64,000 nt of DNA. Origin: the human T2T-CHM13v2.0 reference genome, Homo sapiens. Each line of letters begins with the position of its first letter. The stretch's first letter is position 1. Location of the stretch: assembly GCF_009914755.1 (NCBI RefSeq), contig NC_060926.1. One strand, 5' to 3'. Shown in pieces: positions 1 to 15,483 of this stretch. The notes under the pieces are model-generated. The model ran no database searches. It was given only the letters and a program-made list of their open reading frames with translations, and was not told where the DNA came from. The position numbers and the translations under genes are program-made.

Positions 1-398
1 GGGAGGGGGAGCATTTGTTTGGAAAGGTTTTGACATTTACTGCTTTAAAAAAAGCATTGAAACAGTCATAGGAAAATTCATAACTTTGTTTAGTATTTTG
101 AATCACAAAGGGTGGGTGATTCAAATGACTTTGTAGAGACAAGGTGCTATTTAGATGAGAAGTTCTCTGGATTGGATGGTCCCAGACTCTCCTGTGGGCA
201 GAAGGGCAGCTGACAGCCTGATTGGGTATACTTTGAGTGACGCTGAGCAGACCCCGACTCCAAAAAACACTGGAAGGAAGAGTTCCAGAGTTAGGAATTG
301 AGGTGGGATTGGAGGTTATTTTATTTACTTCTTTGTTCTTTGCATGTTTTCCAAATTTTGTGTGTATGTGTGTATACACACACACACATACACACATG

Positions 399-691
399 TT
401 TTTTGAGACAGGATCTTGCTCTGTTACCCAGGCTAGAGTGCAGTGGCACAATCACTACTCACTGCAGCCTTGACTTCCTGGGCTCAAGCAATCCTTTTCC
501 TACCTCAGCCTCCTGAGTAGCTGGGACTGCAGGTATGTGCTATCACACCTGGCTAATTTTTTATTTTACATAGAGACTGGGTCTTGCTTATTTTACATAG
601 AGGCTGGTCTTGAACTCCTGGGGTCAAGCAATCTTCCCGCTTCAGCATCCCAAAGTGCTGGGATCACAGGCATGAGCCACTATACCTGGCC
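399..691 (-). mobile_element. Alu SINE, AluJ-type
   Basis: Dimeric Alu in reverse (poly-T, gagacaggatcttgctctg...cctggcc) with J-type gggctcaagcaatcc. Confidence 0.93.
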
Positions 692-929
692 TTGCACACA
701 TATTTTTAAAACCTTAATTGTATTAATGTAAAATTATACAATTAACATGTTATTACAGTCCTTTTATACAAAATTACTATTCCATGGTAAGAGTAAACTG
801 TCCCCCTGACCATCACTTCTTTCCTATATATTCACATTCATATATAGAAACACATGAATGAGAATCAGATTGCTTTGTGTGAATGGCTTAAAAAAAACCC
901 AGAAATGACATTGGACTGTACATTTCTTT

Positions 930-1543
930 TTTATTTTATTTTTTTTATTATATACTTTAAGTTTTAGGGTACATGTGCACAATGTGCAGGTTAGTTACAT
1001 ATGTATACATGTGACATGCTGGTGCGCTGCACCCACTAACTCGTCATCTAGCATTAGGTATATCTCCCAATGCTATCCCTCCCCCCTCCCCCCACCCCAT
1101 AACAGTCCCCAGAGTGTGATGTTCCCCTTCCTGTGTCCATGTGTTCTCATTGTTCAATTCCCATCTATGAGTGAGAATATGCAGTGTTTGGTTTTTTGTT
1201 CTTGTGATAGTTTACTGAGAATGATGATTTCCAATTTCATCCATGTCCCTACAAAGGACATGAACTTATCATTTTTTATGGCTGCATAGTATTCCATGGT
1301 ATATATGTGCCACATTTTCTTAATCCAGTCTATCATTGTTGGACATTTGGGTTGGTTCCAAGTCTTTGCTATTGTGAACAGTGCCGCAATAAACATACGT
1401 GTGCATGTGTCTTTATAGCAGCATGATTTATAGTCCTTTGGGTATATACCCAGTGATGGGATGGATGGGTCAAATGGTATTTCTAGTTCTAGATCCCTGA
1501 GGAATCACCACACCGACTTCCACAATGGTTGAACTAGTTTACA
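930..1543 (-). mobile_element. Young 5'-truncated L1 (L1PA2/L1PA3-like): end of ORF2 plus 3' UTR
   Basis: ORF 1154..1396 is the L1 ORF2 C-terminus (MFIAALFTIAKTWNQPKCP). Perfect 18-bp TSD tggactgtacatttcttt at 912-929 and 1544-1561. 3' UTR reads cactaactcgtcatc (GAG diagnostic, not L1HS ACA/ACG). Confidence 0.95.
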
Positions 1544-1561
1544 TGGACTGTACATTTCTTT

Positions 1562-2050
1562 CTGCAACTTGCATTTTCACTCAACAGGTCTTGTTGGGTG
1601 TTATGACAATTTGATCTACTTCATTCTTTTAACTATAGCATACTAGTCCATAGGGTGGCTTAAGCATTGAAGTAGTTATGGAGAAATTCAGAACTATATT
1701 TATGGCTATTCCTTTTCTCATGGACATTTAGATTATTTCTAATTTTAACCTATTGCATATAATGCTTCAGTGAACACCCTCGAAGGTAACTCCTTGGTCA
1801 CATGTGCAAGGGTTTCCCCAGGGCAGGTATGGAGGAACCACTGGGTTCTAAGACTTTAATCTTCAATAGATACCATCAATTTGCCTTCCAGAGGGGCTGT
1901 AATAATTGATATTCCCAATTGCATTACTAAAGTGTTTCCCATAACTTTGTCAACAGTGAATGAAAAGGAAAAAAATTACCAATCTGCTGAATAAAAAGTG
2001 ATGTCTCATTGATTTTCTTTGACATTTTCCTGATTACCAGTGAGGCTATT
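1562..2050 (-). mobile_element. Old L1M (L1ME-like) 3' fragment, host of the young L1
   Basis: Diverged L1M 3' motifs: ctgcaacttgcattttcactcaaca, tggacatttagattatttctaattt, ctgattaccagtgagg. Confidence 0.6.
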
Positions 2051-2189
2051 TTATTTCTTCATCTTTTCCCGTATTTAACCTTTTTTTTTTCAGGAAACAT
2101 ACACTACTTTCATAATATTGGAAGGAGTTCTCTCCTCCTCCTCTTTCTTAAAGCAGACATAGCACACAGATGAGGACTATTTGCCTTGA

Positions 2190-2340
2190 TGGGACCATCT
2201 TAGGTCAAATGCCTATTCCTGAACCCATCACTGTTAGGAGATAGGAGGGTCTATCATTGTGGCCAGATGAGTGGGATTCACCTGATTGGTTCAGAGGCCA
2301 CTTCTGGAACTGGGTGGGGCCAATCCCACGGTCCTCATAG
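2190..2340. mobile_element. Probable old MaLR (MLT1) LTR fragment
   Basis: ttaggtcaaatgcctattcctgaacccatcactgt and gattggttcagaggcc resemble old MLT1 LTRs. Confidence 0.4.
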
Positions 2341-2915
2341 CTACAGATGAGAGGGTAGGGGTTTGTTTATTATACAGTGACCTTTTTCAGTTCTAATGTT
2401 CTTTGGCTCTAAAAAGAAATGACATTCCATTGGTTTAATCACTGATCTTTTGGTTGAAATGAACAGAGACCTAATCAAGTTAGATCAAGTGATAAATGAG
2501 ATTTATTTGGGGGAAGGGGAAGCAGGGGTATCTCTCAAAACACAAAGGCAGGAAATAGAGCTGGCCTGGGGCAGGTACTGGAATGCCAGCAGAAACAAAG
2601 GCCACTTTCTCTTCTCTGTTTTTCTAGGCACATCTCCCCTTTTCTCCCTTTCCCTCCAGGCACACATCTTTTATGTGTGCTTCATCTTAACTTTGATTTA
2701 ATGTCTTTTCTCCGTAAGCCCTCAGGCCACCTATTTCCTATGGTCTCTGGGCCTCCTAGTTCAATTTTTCAGAGGATAGAAATATGATTGGTTTCTAGCC
2801 AGCCAATGGACTGGCTGATTTTGGGTCATGTGGTCAAACCTCCTCCAGTCAACTTTTTCATCTGCAGTGAAGGGCAGAGTTATTGGCCATAGAGGCCGCC
2901 TCTTCCAGAGTCTGA

Positions 2916-3311
<396 letters not shown>

Positions 3312-3752
3312 TGAGGAGCTGTGTTGAATTCTAAAGCACGCCAGCATAAGCAAGAATAAAAGGAGCTCCCCTAAAATGTTCCCTTTTTCCTTCCTCCACC
3401 TTTGACCCCCAAACCTCAGTTCTGGAAATCTAAGTTAAGTTTTATGCATACAGATATTCTATAAGTACTATATATGACATCGATAAATAGAAACTAACAA
3501 AATGTCCTAAACTCAAAGAATGGCTACATAAAATGTGCATTCTACGGCATATTATATGCCATTAAATTGATGCTTTTAAAAATTTAAAATAACAAAGGAA
3601 ATACATAAGATATAATAGTAAGTGAAAAATAGACTATATTTGTGTATCTACTATGATCACAGCTTTATAAACGAAAATTATATTTACTTATATACACACA
3701 CACATACACATACATGTGATGTGGCAGTCTGCTAGTTTAAAAATAGGTACTT

Positions 3753-4041
<289 letters not shown>

Positions 4042-4242
4042 GGTACTTATTTATCTCCTCTACTTTTGTGTATTTTTAAATGCAATAAACACACATTGCT
4101 TTTGTGAAGGAAAAACCTAATCAATGAATTTTAAAGAAGACAGCTTGGGCCTTGTGAACCCTGGGCTATGTGACGACTCTTCTTAGTAATGTTTAAAACC
4201 CAGACTCTGAGTTCTGGGACAACAGGGAATACTCTTTTCTTA

Positions 4243-4529
4243 AATGAGACAAGGTCTTGCTCTATTGCCTAGGCTGGAGTGTGTTGGTGCAATTATAGGT
4301 CACTGCAGCCTTGACTCCTGGGCTCAAGTGATCCTCCTGCCTCAGCCTCCACAGTAGCTGGGATTACTGGCACACGCCATCATGTTCCACTAATTATTTT
4401 CTCTTTTTTGTAGATATGTGATCTTTCTATGTTGCCCAGGCTGGTCTCAAACTCCTAGGCTCAAGCAATCCTCCCACCTCGTCCTCCCAAAGCGCTGGGA
4501 CTACAGGCATGAGCTGCTGCAGCTGGCCC
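4243..4529 (-). mobile_element. Alu SINE, AluJ-type
   Basis: Diverged reverse dimer with gggctcaagtgatcctcc. Confidence 0.92.
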
Positions 4530-4534
4530 TGATA

Positions 4535-4632
4535 GTCTTTATTTCACCACTGTATCACCAGGGTTTAGCACAGTGCCTGAGTGCGTTGGATACCGAGCAA
4601 ATATTTGCCAAATGAATGAGTAATGAGTGAAT
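4535..4632 (+). mobile_element. L2 LINE 3' end
   Basis: tagcacagtgcctg...aaatatttgccaaatgaatgagtaatgagtgaat matches the L2 terminus. Confidence 0.7.
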
Positions 4633-5559
4633 CCTTAAGCTGGGGGTGGCTGTGAGAAGAGTGACAAGGTTAGTGGCCACGATGCTGTGGGAGACCAGGC
4701 TCTTCACTATAGTTTAAGTGGAATGAACCCCTCATTGTTTCCAAACTAACGATCCTCATCTGAGAAGAGAAGTTCATTTGGAACCCCACTGTCACCTTCT
4801 CAGGGCCACCACGGAGTGTATGCTCATCAGGGACTTGGGAGACCACTTTGGCTCACCCCTGCACCCACCGCTTTGCTGACATCCAAGGGGCTGGGGGCCC
4901 AAGTCTGGGGAGCTCAATCCTTCATCCATGTCTGATCTCAGCAGCATGTCCCATTCCAGTTCACTATTAAAAATTGTATTTCTACAGCTCTTTTCATAGA
5001 AAAAAAAATTGTGTTCCTTGTCTTAGCATGGTGCATTTCTGCAGTTGGACTGAGGTGTTACTAAAGCTAGAGTTTTCTACTCAGAGAGAGGAGAGGACTC
5101 CAGACTGCCGGTGCAAGAGATACGTATGTACATGCATGTGTCTGGAAAGAAAATTCTGAGATCAATAAATCTACCAAGAATGAGTGTCTCACATCCATGG
5201 GAACCTGTCTGTGCTGCATCCTGTGATCACTGAACACCCCTAAGCCTCCACCATTCTAGATTTCACCTCTTTCCTCCTTTGCCCTGTTGTCCCCTGCTGG
5301 CGGTGGCTGCCCTCATCCAGGTGGTACATTACATCCCTTGCAGCTCCCATGTCCTTCTGGCTCCAGCACCATCAGTTTACCATGGAGATTCTCGACCTCC
5401 AGGGGCTACCATGCCACTTCTCATACACCCCTGGAAACCTCCTTTCACAGCAAGTAAGCCTTCATCCCTGTTACTCCATTACCTTCTCCACCACAGCCAT
5501 AGATGTCTCATAGTGAGCACTATTTGGAAGAACTCTGTGCTGCCTAGGAGTAACTTTGA

Positions 5560-5890
5560 AATTCAATAAATACTTACTAAAGCCTTACTATGTGTCAGGC
5601 ACATTTCTTGGTGCTGAGGCCACAATAGTGGATAAGGCAGAACTGAATCCTGCCCCAGGGGAACTCACCTTCTACTAGAGGACACAGACATCAACAGAAT
5701 CAGTGCACAATGATTGAAGCTCAGTTGTGGGAAAAGCCATGAAGTAGTTAGCACAGGGTGCCCCAAGAGCAGCATGGGATGCGCCTGAGTTAGGGTGGGG
5801 TGGTTTGGGAAAGCTTCACTGAGAGAATGAGAGGGTGAGTGTGAGTTCGGCAGATGGAGTGAGGAAGGCGCGGTGGGCAGTGCTCCAGGC
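5560..5890 (-). mobile_element. L2 LINE fragment
   Basis: ttcaataaatacttactaaagccttactatgtgtcaggcac is the reverse L2 3' end. Confidence 0.7.
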
Positions 5891-5904
5891 CAGCACTCTA
5901 ATGG

Positions 5905-6212
5905 GCATTCCAATCACCTGGGCACCTTGTTGTGGCGTGGGGCCCAAGATTCTGTTTCTAACAAGCTCCCAAGTGGCTCCAGAGCTGCTGGTCTGGGAAC
6001 TCACTTTGAGTAGCAAGTTTCTATACCAGTGACTCTCAGCCTTAATTGTGTATGGACATCACCTGGAAGCTTTAAACAATACTGACGCCTGGGTGCTACC
6101 TCCAGAGATTCTGATTTGCTTGGTTTTAGATGTGTCCTTGGGATTTGAAGGAAAAAAAAAAAAAACCACTCCCCAGGGTATTCTAATGTGCAGCTTGGAT
6201 TGAGGACCCTTC
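5905..6212. mobile_element. Two adjacent MER5 (hAT-Charlie) elements, MER5A-like then MER5B-like
   Basis: ttctaacaagctccc...cactttgagtagc, then cagtgactctcagcc...ccagagattctgatt...ttctaatgtgcagc. Confidence 0.75.
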
Positions 6213-6289
6213 ATCTAGGCAAGGCTAACAGTACGAGTAAAACCCGAGGACATTTAGATGACAACTTTTCTGGGTGGAGGGCCAAGCGC

Positions 6290-6981
<692 letters not shown>

Positions 6982-7579
6982 TGAGAGGATGCTTTCCCCA
7001 CGTCCATGGTGCTTCCTGCCTGCCTGACCCCACGGCAGGATTAACCTCATGGCATTCCAACCTCCAGGGGCCCTTTCCACACACAGCTGCTTTCTGGCCA
7101 AACTTACAGGCCAGGAGTGGTTCAGACTTCACAGATAGGAAGGTCCTCTCAGCAGTAGGCAGCTCCCATTACGGTGGGAATGGAAGGAGGGAGGGCCTCC
7201 TGACCCTCAGTGCTCTTCTTCCCACCAGAAAGTCCACCATGGTTAGGTATGCTCTGAGCTTTATCATCCTTTAGCAAGGAATTCAGGACCTTTGGGTGAA
7301 GATCTGGAGGAGTAAGAGGAAGGGGTAGTAGTATGGCAGCACCAGAGCCAAAGACAAGCCTGGAATTGCAGAGTAGCCCTGGCCTGCCTCTCACCACCTG
7401 GAGGGCACACTGGGCAGAGCCTTCTCTAATCAGGGCTGTAGCTTTGGCGACTGGGCAGTGCCTGGGGACTGAAGGGCGAGGGAAGAATCTCATTCAGCTG
7501 CTGCTAACATGGACCTGTAAGCTGCCCTGTTACCAAGGCAAAGAGGAGCGGACTCTCTCCCTGCTCCCCCACCTTCTAA

Positions 7580-7963
<384 letters not shown>

Positions 7964-8564
7964 CCCTTTCAGTTTATTTTAGATGAAAGGTCCTGGTCTT
8001 TCCCCAGCAGACATGGGCCCAGTTCTGCCAGTTCTAGCTACAGAGGTTTTTGTGAGAGCTACTCCCCTGGCCCCAACCCCTGCTCCCACCAGGTACTGCC
8101 TGATCCCACCCTACAGCCCCCCTCAGCCCAAAGCTGGTGGACAGAGGAAGGTGCCAGAGCCAATCCCAGGTGGTGCTCCTCCAGGAGGCTTCAGGCACCA
8201 CTCCTTTTAGGCTGGGCCACATGGCACTTCCTGTTGCAAAGAAAAGCAGCTTATTGTGGAGGGGGCTCCAGCAGCTTGGCACTGGCCAGTAGAAGAGGTA
8301 AATATAAAGGAAATTAGAGAATGCAACTTTTCTTGACATGCAAACTGAGTTCTCAAGGAATGTATCTCTGGGCACGGCTAGTTTGAGATGTGCTGGATGC
8401 CAGGTGGGTGAGAGGGTGTGGGTGGGCCTGCATGTGTGAGAGGTGCAGGGAGAATTAATTCTAAAGAAGCAGAAATGTTTTCTAAACATTTGACGGCTGC
8501 TGAGTGCCCTTTCCTCTGCTTCTGGGTTCCACATCTTCCAAACCCTCCTGACTGAGGCACATAG

Positions 8565-8762
<198 letters not shown>

Positions 8763-9061
8763 TGACCTTTCTAGGAGTAGAATCATCAGGAATGGAATTC
8801 CTAAACTTTTCTAATTCAGTGCTGTTTTCTGAGCCTTAGCTCCTAGCTTTGGCTGGGTCAGCCGAGTACCCAGCTCAGGCATTAGTCCCTACTTGAGAAG
8901 ATGGGTCCTCCCAGCCGTAGTTAAGACCTACCCAGGCTCCTATTGGGGGTACCTAATTATGAAATTTCTCACTTCCAGCAACACTAATCTAAGTCAGCCT
9001 CTTTAGAAGGGGCAGCTATAGTGCCAACAGCCTAAGTTTCTCTTTGCTATGGGATGAAGGA

Positions 9062-9329
9062 TTTTCTTCCTGGCTTGAAGATGACGCCTTCCCGCTGTGT
9101 GCTCACATGGCCTTTCCTTCGCATGTGTCTGTGAATGTAGAGAAAGGGAGAGAGGGCTCTCTGGTGTCTCTTAAGATTGATTCTATCAGACCAGGGCCCT
9201 ACCCGTATGGTCTCATTTAACCTTAATTATCTCCTAAGGCCTTGTCTCCAATTATAGTCACATTGGGGGTTAGGGCTTCAACATGTAACTTTTTTTTTTT
9301 GGGCAGGGGACACAGTTCATTCCATAGTA
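9062..9329 (-). mobile_element. MLT1A/B-type MaLR LTR
   Basis: agtcacattgggggttagggcttcaacat...gggacacagttcattccatag. Confidence 0.8.
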
Positions 9330-9528
9330 AGTGGTATAAATGATAAACACGAATATTTTAAGTATTGCGCCAAGTGAGAAATGGTCAAGATGAGCCCTTT
9401 CAGCAGCCTGGGGCCTTGCTCAATGCTGCCAGTTCTCCCAAATATCTTCCACCTAAGCCTCTTTACTGCACTTCCTGCCTTGAATTCCTCTCCATCTCTC
9501 TGTAAATTAACTTTTACCTAGGCAAAAA

Positions 9529-10030
9529 TGAGGTAGGAGGCAGGACTCAACTCTGGAGGGGCTCGGACACCAGACCAAATTGAAGACTAGCTAAAACAGG
9601 GCTGTACTTTTGGCAAGTAGCTTGCCAAAAGACACGCCCACAAGTGTGCCACGTCAGTTTACCATTGCCATGACAACACTAGGAACAACACCCAGGAATT
9701 ACCGCCTCTTTCCATGGCAATGACCTGATGATCCAAAAGTTACTACTCCTTTCCTAGAAATTTCTCTGCAAACCACCCCTTAATCTAGATGAAATTAAAA
9801 GTAGGTATAAACATGACTGCAAAACTGCCCTGAGTTGCTACTCTCTGCCTATGGGGCAGCCCTGCTCTGCAGGAGCAATCACGGAGCTGGATCACCGCCA
9901 GAGCCGTAACACTGCTGCTTCCATAAAGCCATTTTCTTCTACCTCCAGTTTGCCCTCGAGTTCTTTCCTGGGCAAAGCCAAGAACTCTCATAGGCTAAGC
10001 CCCAGTTTGGGGCTCACCTGCCCTGCATCA
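9529..10030 (+). mobile_element. ERV1-class solo LTR (MER66/MER41 group)
   Basis: TG...CA termini (tgaggtaggagg...cctgcatca), tataaa-like box, and gtcagtttaccattgccatg and ttctttcctgggcaaagccaagaac motifs. Subfamily from memory. Confidence 0.8.
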
Positions 10031-10226
10031 AAAGTAAGGAAGGAGTCACTTAAATTGTTCACAGGTGGATCACAGTTGATTCCAGTGCTGACTCTCTTCT
10101 CCCTGCCCAGAGGCAAGAAGAACTTGGGGTGAAGGGAGGTTTGAGTAGCTTTTTAATTCCACAGGGTCACCTCTATTCCTGCCTTCTTTATTCTCTCTTG
10201 ATATCGCAGTGACAACCGTGATATCA

Positions 10227-10547
<321 letters not shown>

Positions 10548-11383
10548 CTAAGAAAAGCACCTGACAAACATACATGTGTAATTTTATTATAAAGGAAGAT
10601 ATAAAAATGGGGGTAAATGAACTCATTTTATTACCTTGAGCATTAAACTTCATCTGTATATGGCAGGTGTCTTTTCGTACTAGTGACTGTCATCTGCTAA
10701 ACACAGGCTTTGGAATGTTGTTCTGGTTTGTGTATTTCTGCAAAGTTCTGGAATGTGGCTCTGGTAGGCTTCCTGATGTAAAAGACCCGGATCCTGTCTC
10801 TGACAGGGGTGTTTAATAAGCATTCGCCAAACTGCCAAATGAGCATCTTAGTTCTCAGTGGAGATTAAAGGTTAAGCAGGTGTTTTTCCAGGCTCTACGT
10901 ATAATTTAAATTTCAATTGTTATTTTACACAGATTAATCTAGAAGTTGTTAGAAGCAAACATGGAGCCATGCATATTTCCATCATAAACAGGAAAAATAA
11001 AATATCTACAGACTTCGAGGGGCCTTCGGGGTCTTGGCACCCTGCCAGTTGCATCTCCCCTGTGGAGGCATTTGGCTTATGATCTTGCAGGGGCTGTTTG
11101 TTTCCAAGTCCTGCTCTACCTGTTTCTCGGTGTCTTAGTTCTTGCTTTTAGTAGAGAATATATTTTATTCTTTCCTCTTCAAAGATTTTGTATGTGTGGC
11201 TATGAATGAGCAATTCATGTTCATTGTAAAAACATGCCAAGTGCAGAATGGTATAAAGAAGCCGCAACAACAACAAAAAAAACCCTCATAAATCTTAGTA
11301 CCTATTGGCAACCCCTATTCATATTTTGCCTGATTTCTTTCCATTAGGTTTTCTTTGTATTTTTGACATCATTGAACCACACT

Positions 11384-11851
<468 letters not shown>

Positions 11852-12748
11852 ACACACCATATTTGTCAATACTGCATCTTGTTTTCTTCATTTGATATTC
11901 TTTCTTTTGCAGTCTCACTGTCATTCAAGCAAAATGCTCTGTAAACACACTTTTAAATGACTGCCATTCTCTCTTGCAGATTAATGGATAATTTTTCAAA
12001 GGTAGAATTATGATTCTCATACCAATATAAAATCAACATGTCAAAGATTTTACTTAAATGATTAACTAATGAGGAAAGGAGTAAGATACAACTGGTTCAA
12101 AAGGAAGAATTTAAAGAGCCACAGATATATAGGTAAGAAATGCTGAAATGAATTAACAAGTACAGTTGATGCAAAACTGGACTCCCCAGAGGGCAACAAT
12201 CAATTACACCCCACTGGATACAATCTATTTGCATTTCTGTGGATACAGGGAATTTGCAGTTATTTCTAGCTTTCTGCAACTTGCATAGTTGTAAAATCGC
12301 TTAAAGACCAAGAAAGGCAGTTATAACCCAGTCATCTTTTTTGGCCATTTGAATGTCCTTTACAATTTTTCCTGGTAAGATGTATGTGATTTTATGTGGC
12401 TGTTAGGATTGCGTGTGTCGTGTCCCTACATGAACGTGTGTGCCACAGGAAGCTTGGCTTTCTACCCATCTGAGAGGCAGTAAGTCACTGAACCTCACAG
12501 GGCCCACAGGCCCTCATCTGTAGAGTGAGGATGGTTGGATGGTCCCTAAAAGCCTTTCCCGAAGCCTGATGTCCACAGTTCCCTAATTAACTTGAGGCAA
12601 AGGTCCACATGGGGGACACAGCTGTTGCTTTGTCTCTCTGCTCTTGTCATTCCTTTTAGCAAGATTATACAGGTAGGATAGCAGTACCATATTTGAATTT
12701 AAGCCCAAGAGTGATAAGATAAAAATCTATGTTTAACTTAGTTTTCGA

Positions 12749-13194
12749 GGCTGGGTGCAGTGGCTCATGCCTGTAATCCCAGCACTTTAGGAGGCTGAAG
12801 TAGGTGGGTCATCTGAGGTCAGGAGTTCGAAACCAGCCTGGCCAACATGATGAAACCCCATCTCTACTAAAGATGCAAAACTGGACTCCCCAGAGGGCAA
12901 CAATCAATTATACCCCACTGGATACAATCTATTTGCATTTCTGTGGATACAGGGAATTTGCACTTATTTCTAGCTTTCTGCAACTTGCATAGTTGTAAAA
13001 TAGCTGTAAAGATACAAAAATTAGCCAGGTGTGGTGGCAGGTGGCAGGTGCCGGTGGTTTCAGCTATTCGGCAGGCTGAGGCACGAGAATTGCTTGAACC
13101 TGGCAGGTAGAGGTTGCAGTGAGCCAAGATCGTGCTACTGCACTACAGCCTGGACGACAGAGCGAGACTCTGGCTTAAAAAAAACAACAAAAAA
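12749..13194 (+). mobile_element. AluS carrying a 141-bp insertion in its A-rich linker
   Basis: Left arm 12749-12871, insert 12872-13012, right arm to A-tail. TSD ttagttttc. Confidence 0.93.
12872..13012. repeat. Direct local duplicate of 12168-12307
   Basis: gatgcaaaactggactcccc...taaaga occurs at both places, with 3 substitutions and 1 indel by eye. Confidence 0.96.
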
Positions 13195-13564
13195 TTAGTT
13201 TTCCAAAACTCTTCCAGAAGCTAGGGAGATGAGGTGAGCCAACTCAGAGCCTTCTGGGGGCTGCATTAGAAACATTCCTGAAGCCCTGAGAGACCACTGC
13301 CCATCCCACTGGTTCTAATGGATCCACAGAGGTCATTCCAAGGATGAGAGTGGCCCCATAAAGGCAGTGGCAAGGACCTTTGGGTGTCTGGTTGACAGTG
13401 GGCCTGGCTACTAAGCCCTTGGTTTCAGTGAGATGAAAAGCAACAGACAGTGTCAGGCTGCGACCACTAAGGATCTTAGTACTCTGCCACTAATATTGCT
13501 TTTACTTTCTCATTTAAATTTGGAACTTTTTGAATTTTTCAACAGATATTATTTGAGGAGGTAC

Positions 13565-13965
13565 TTACTTTTATTGTGGTAAGATAAACATAAAATTTAC
13601 CATTTTAACCATTTTACATCAGACAACTCAGAGGCAATTAGCACGTGCAGTATTGTGCAACCATCACCAATACCTAGCTCCAAAACATTCCTATCGCCCC
13701 AAAAGGAAACTTCATACTTATTAGTCACTTCTCATTCTCCACTCCCCTAATCTCCTAGCAACCATGAATCTATTTCCTGTCTCCATGAATCTATTTCCTG
13801 TCTCCATGAATTTGCCTATTCTGGATTTAAATTCCATATCAGTGGACTCATAGAATATCTGGCCTTTTGTGTCTGGCTTCGCTTAGCATAATATTTTATA
13901 GGTTCATTCATGTTGTAGCATGTGTCAGTACTTCATTCCTCTTTATGGCCAAATAATATTTCCCT
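13565..13965 (-). mobile_element. L1MB-like 3' UTR fragment
   Basis: acataaaatttaccattttaacc, ttgtgcaaccatcacc, ttgcctattctgga, ggttcattcatgttgtagcatg. Confidence 0.8.
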
Positions 13966-14440
13966 CAGTGAATAGCGACAGTTTGACTTCCTCCTTACAA
14001 ATTTGGAGGCCTTTTGTCTGAGTGCTCTGGCTGGGACTTCCAGTACTATGTTGACTAGGAGTGGTGAGAGTGGGCATCCTTGTCTTGTTCCAGTTCTCAG
14101 GGCGAATGCTTTCAACTTTTCCCACAGTATAATGTTGGCTGTGGGTTTGTCATAGATGGCTTTTATTACCGTATATCCCTTCTATCCCAATTTTGCTGAG
14201 GGTTTTAATCATAAAGAGATGCCAGATTTTGTTAAGTGCTTTTTCTGCATCTATTGAGATGATCATGTGATTTTTGTTTTAAATTCTGTTTATGTGGTGT
14301 ATCACATTTCTTGACTTGCATGTGTTGAACCATCCCTGCATTTCTGGTATGAAACCCACTTGATCTTGGTGGATTATCTTTTTGATATGTTGTTGGATTC
14401 GGTTAGCTAGTATTTTGTTGAAGATTTTTGCATCTATGTT
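13966..14440 (-). mobile_element. L1P ORF2 reverse-transcriptase fragment
   Basis: ORF 13933..14115 [26 protein letters not shown] is the L1 RT motif; frameshifted. Confidence 0.92.
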
Positions 14441-14518
14441 TTTACCATCATTTTTAAGGCTAGAAAGTCATTTCTAAGCCAAAGGTTTATAATTCTCTTC
14501 TAACTTTCCCCCCCCACA

Positions 14519-14952
14519 TGTATTAGTCAGGCTTTACCACAGAAACAGAGTCAACAAGATGTGTATATATGGAAAGATTATAAGGAATTGGTTCATATGA
14601 TTATGAAGGATGGCAAGTTCAAAATCTGCCAAGCCAATGTCCCAGTTCAAGTCTGAAGACCAGTAGGCTGCTGTAGAACCAGGAAGAGCTGATGGTCCTG
14701 TTTGAAGATCTGTCAGATAGGAGAAGGCACTCTTGCTTGGGAGAGGGTCAGCCTTTTAGTCTATTCAGACCTTCTACTGATTGGGTAAGGCCCACTCACA
14801 TTATGGAAGAGTGGGGGGATCTGCTTTACTCAGTCTACTGATTTAAATGTTAATCACATCCGAAAACACCCTCACAGAAACAGCCAGAGTAATGTTTGGC
14901 CAAATATCTGGGCATCCTATGGTCCAGTCAAGTTGGTACATATTAATCATTA
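14519..14952 (-). mobile_element. MLT2 (ERVL) LTR
   Basis: tgtattagtcagg...ataaggaattggttcatatgattatg...ccagtcaagttg. Confidence 0.85.
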
Positions 14953-15483
14953 TATCAGGTATGATTTGATTTTTTCCATTTAGCTTAATAATTCTGGAAT
15001 TGATTTTGATATATGTTATATCTGATATATAGTACAAGGTAAGGACCTAAATTGATTTATTTTGCAACTAACTAACCAATCATCCCAACACTCTATATTA
15101 TTTCTTTCCATTCTCATTGGTTTAGGTCTCATTTCTGTTGAGTTTTAGTTTAACAGGCATTCTTCTTTAATCATGTCTCAATCTTATTTTTCATATACAA
15201 TTTATCTAGGCTATTTCATTATTTATCTATTTAACTGAGTATCTTTAATAGAAAATACTTTTTAGCATACCACATATTGAACAATTTACAATAAAATCAC
15301 ACCATAACATTTACTCTTGAAACAACAAAATCATATCCAAACATAAATTTCCTAAATTAGGTGCTTTACTTAGGTGTAAATTGGGGTATTCATCAAAAGG
15401 GGGTGCATAATTTTCAGTGTTTATGCCAAATTTACCATGTACTCATATTGTATGAATTAAGCTATGTATAAAAATATTTTGGG

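Noticed and set aside
11975-12330. Possible LTR or other repeat containing the 140-bp donor
   Set aside because: I could not assign a family or termini with confidence; needs a Dfam search.
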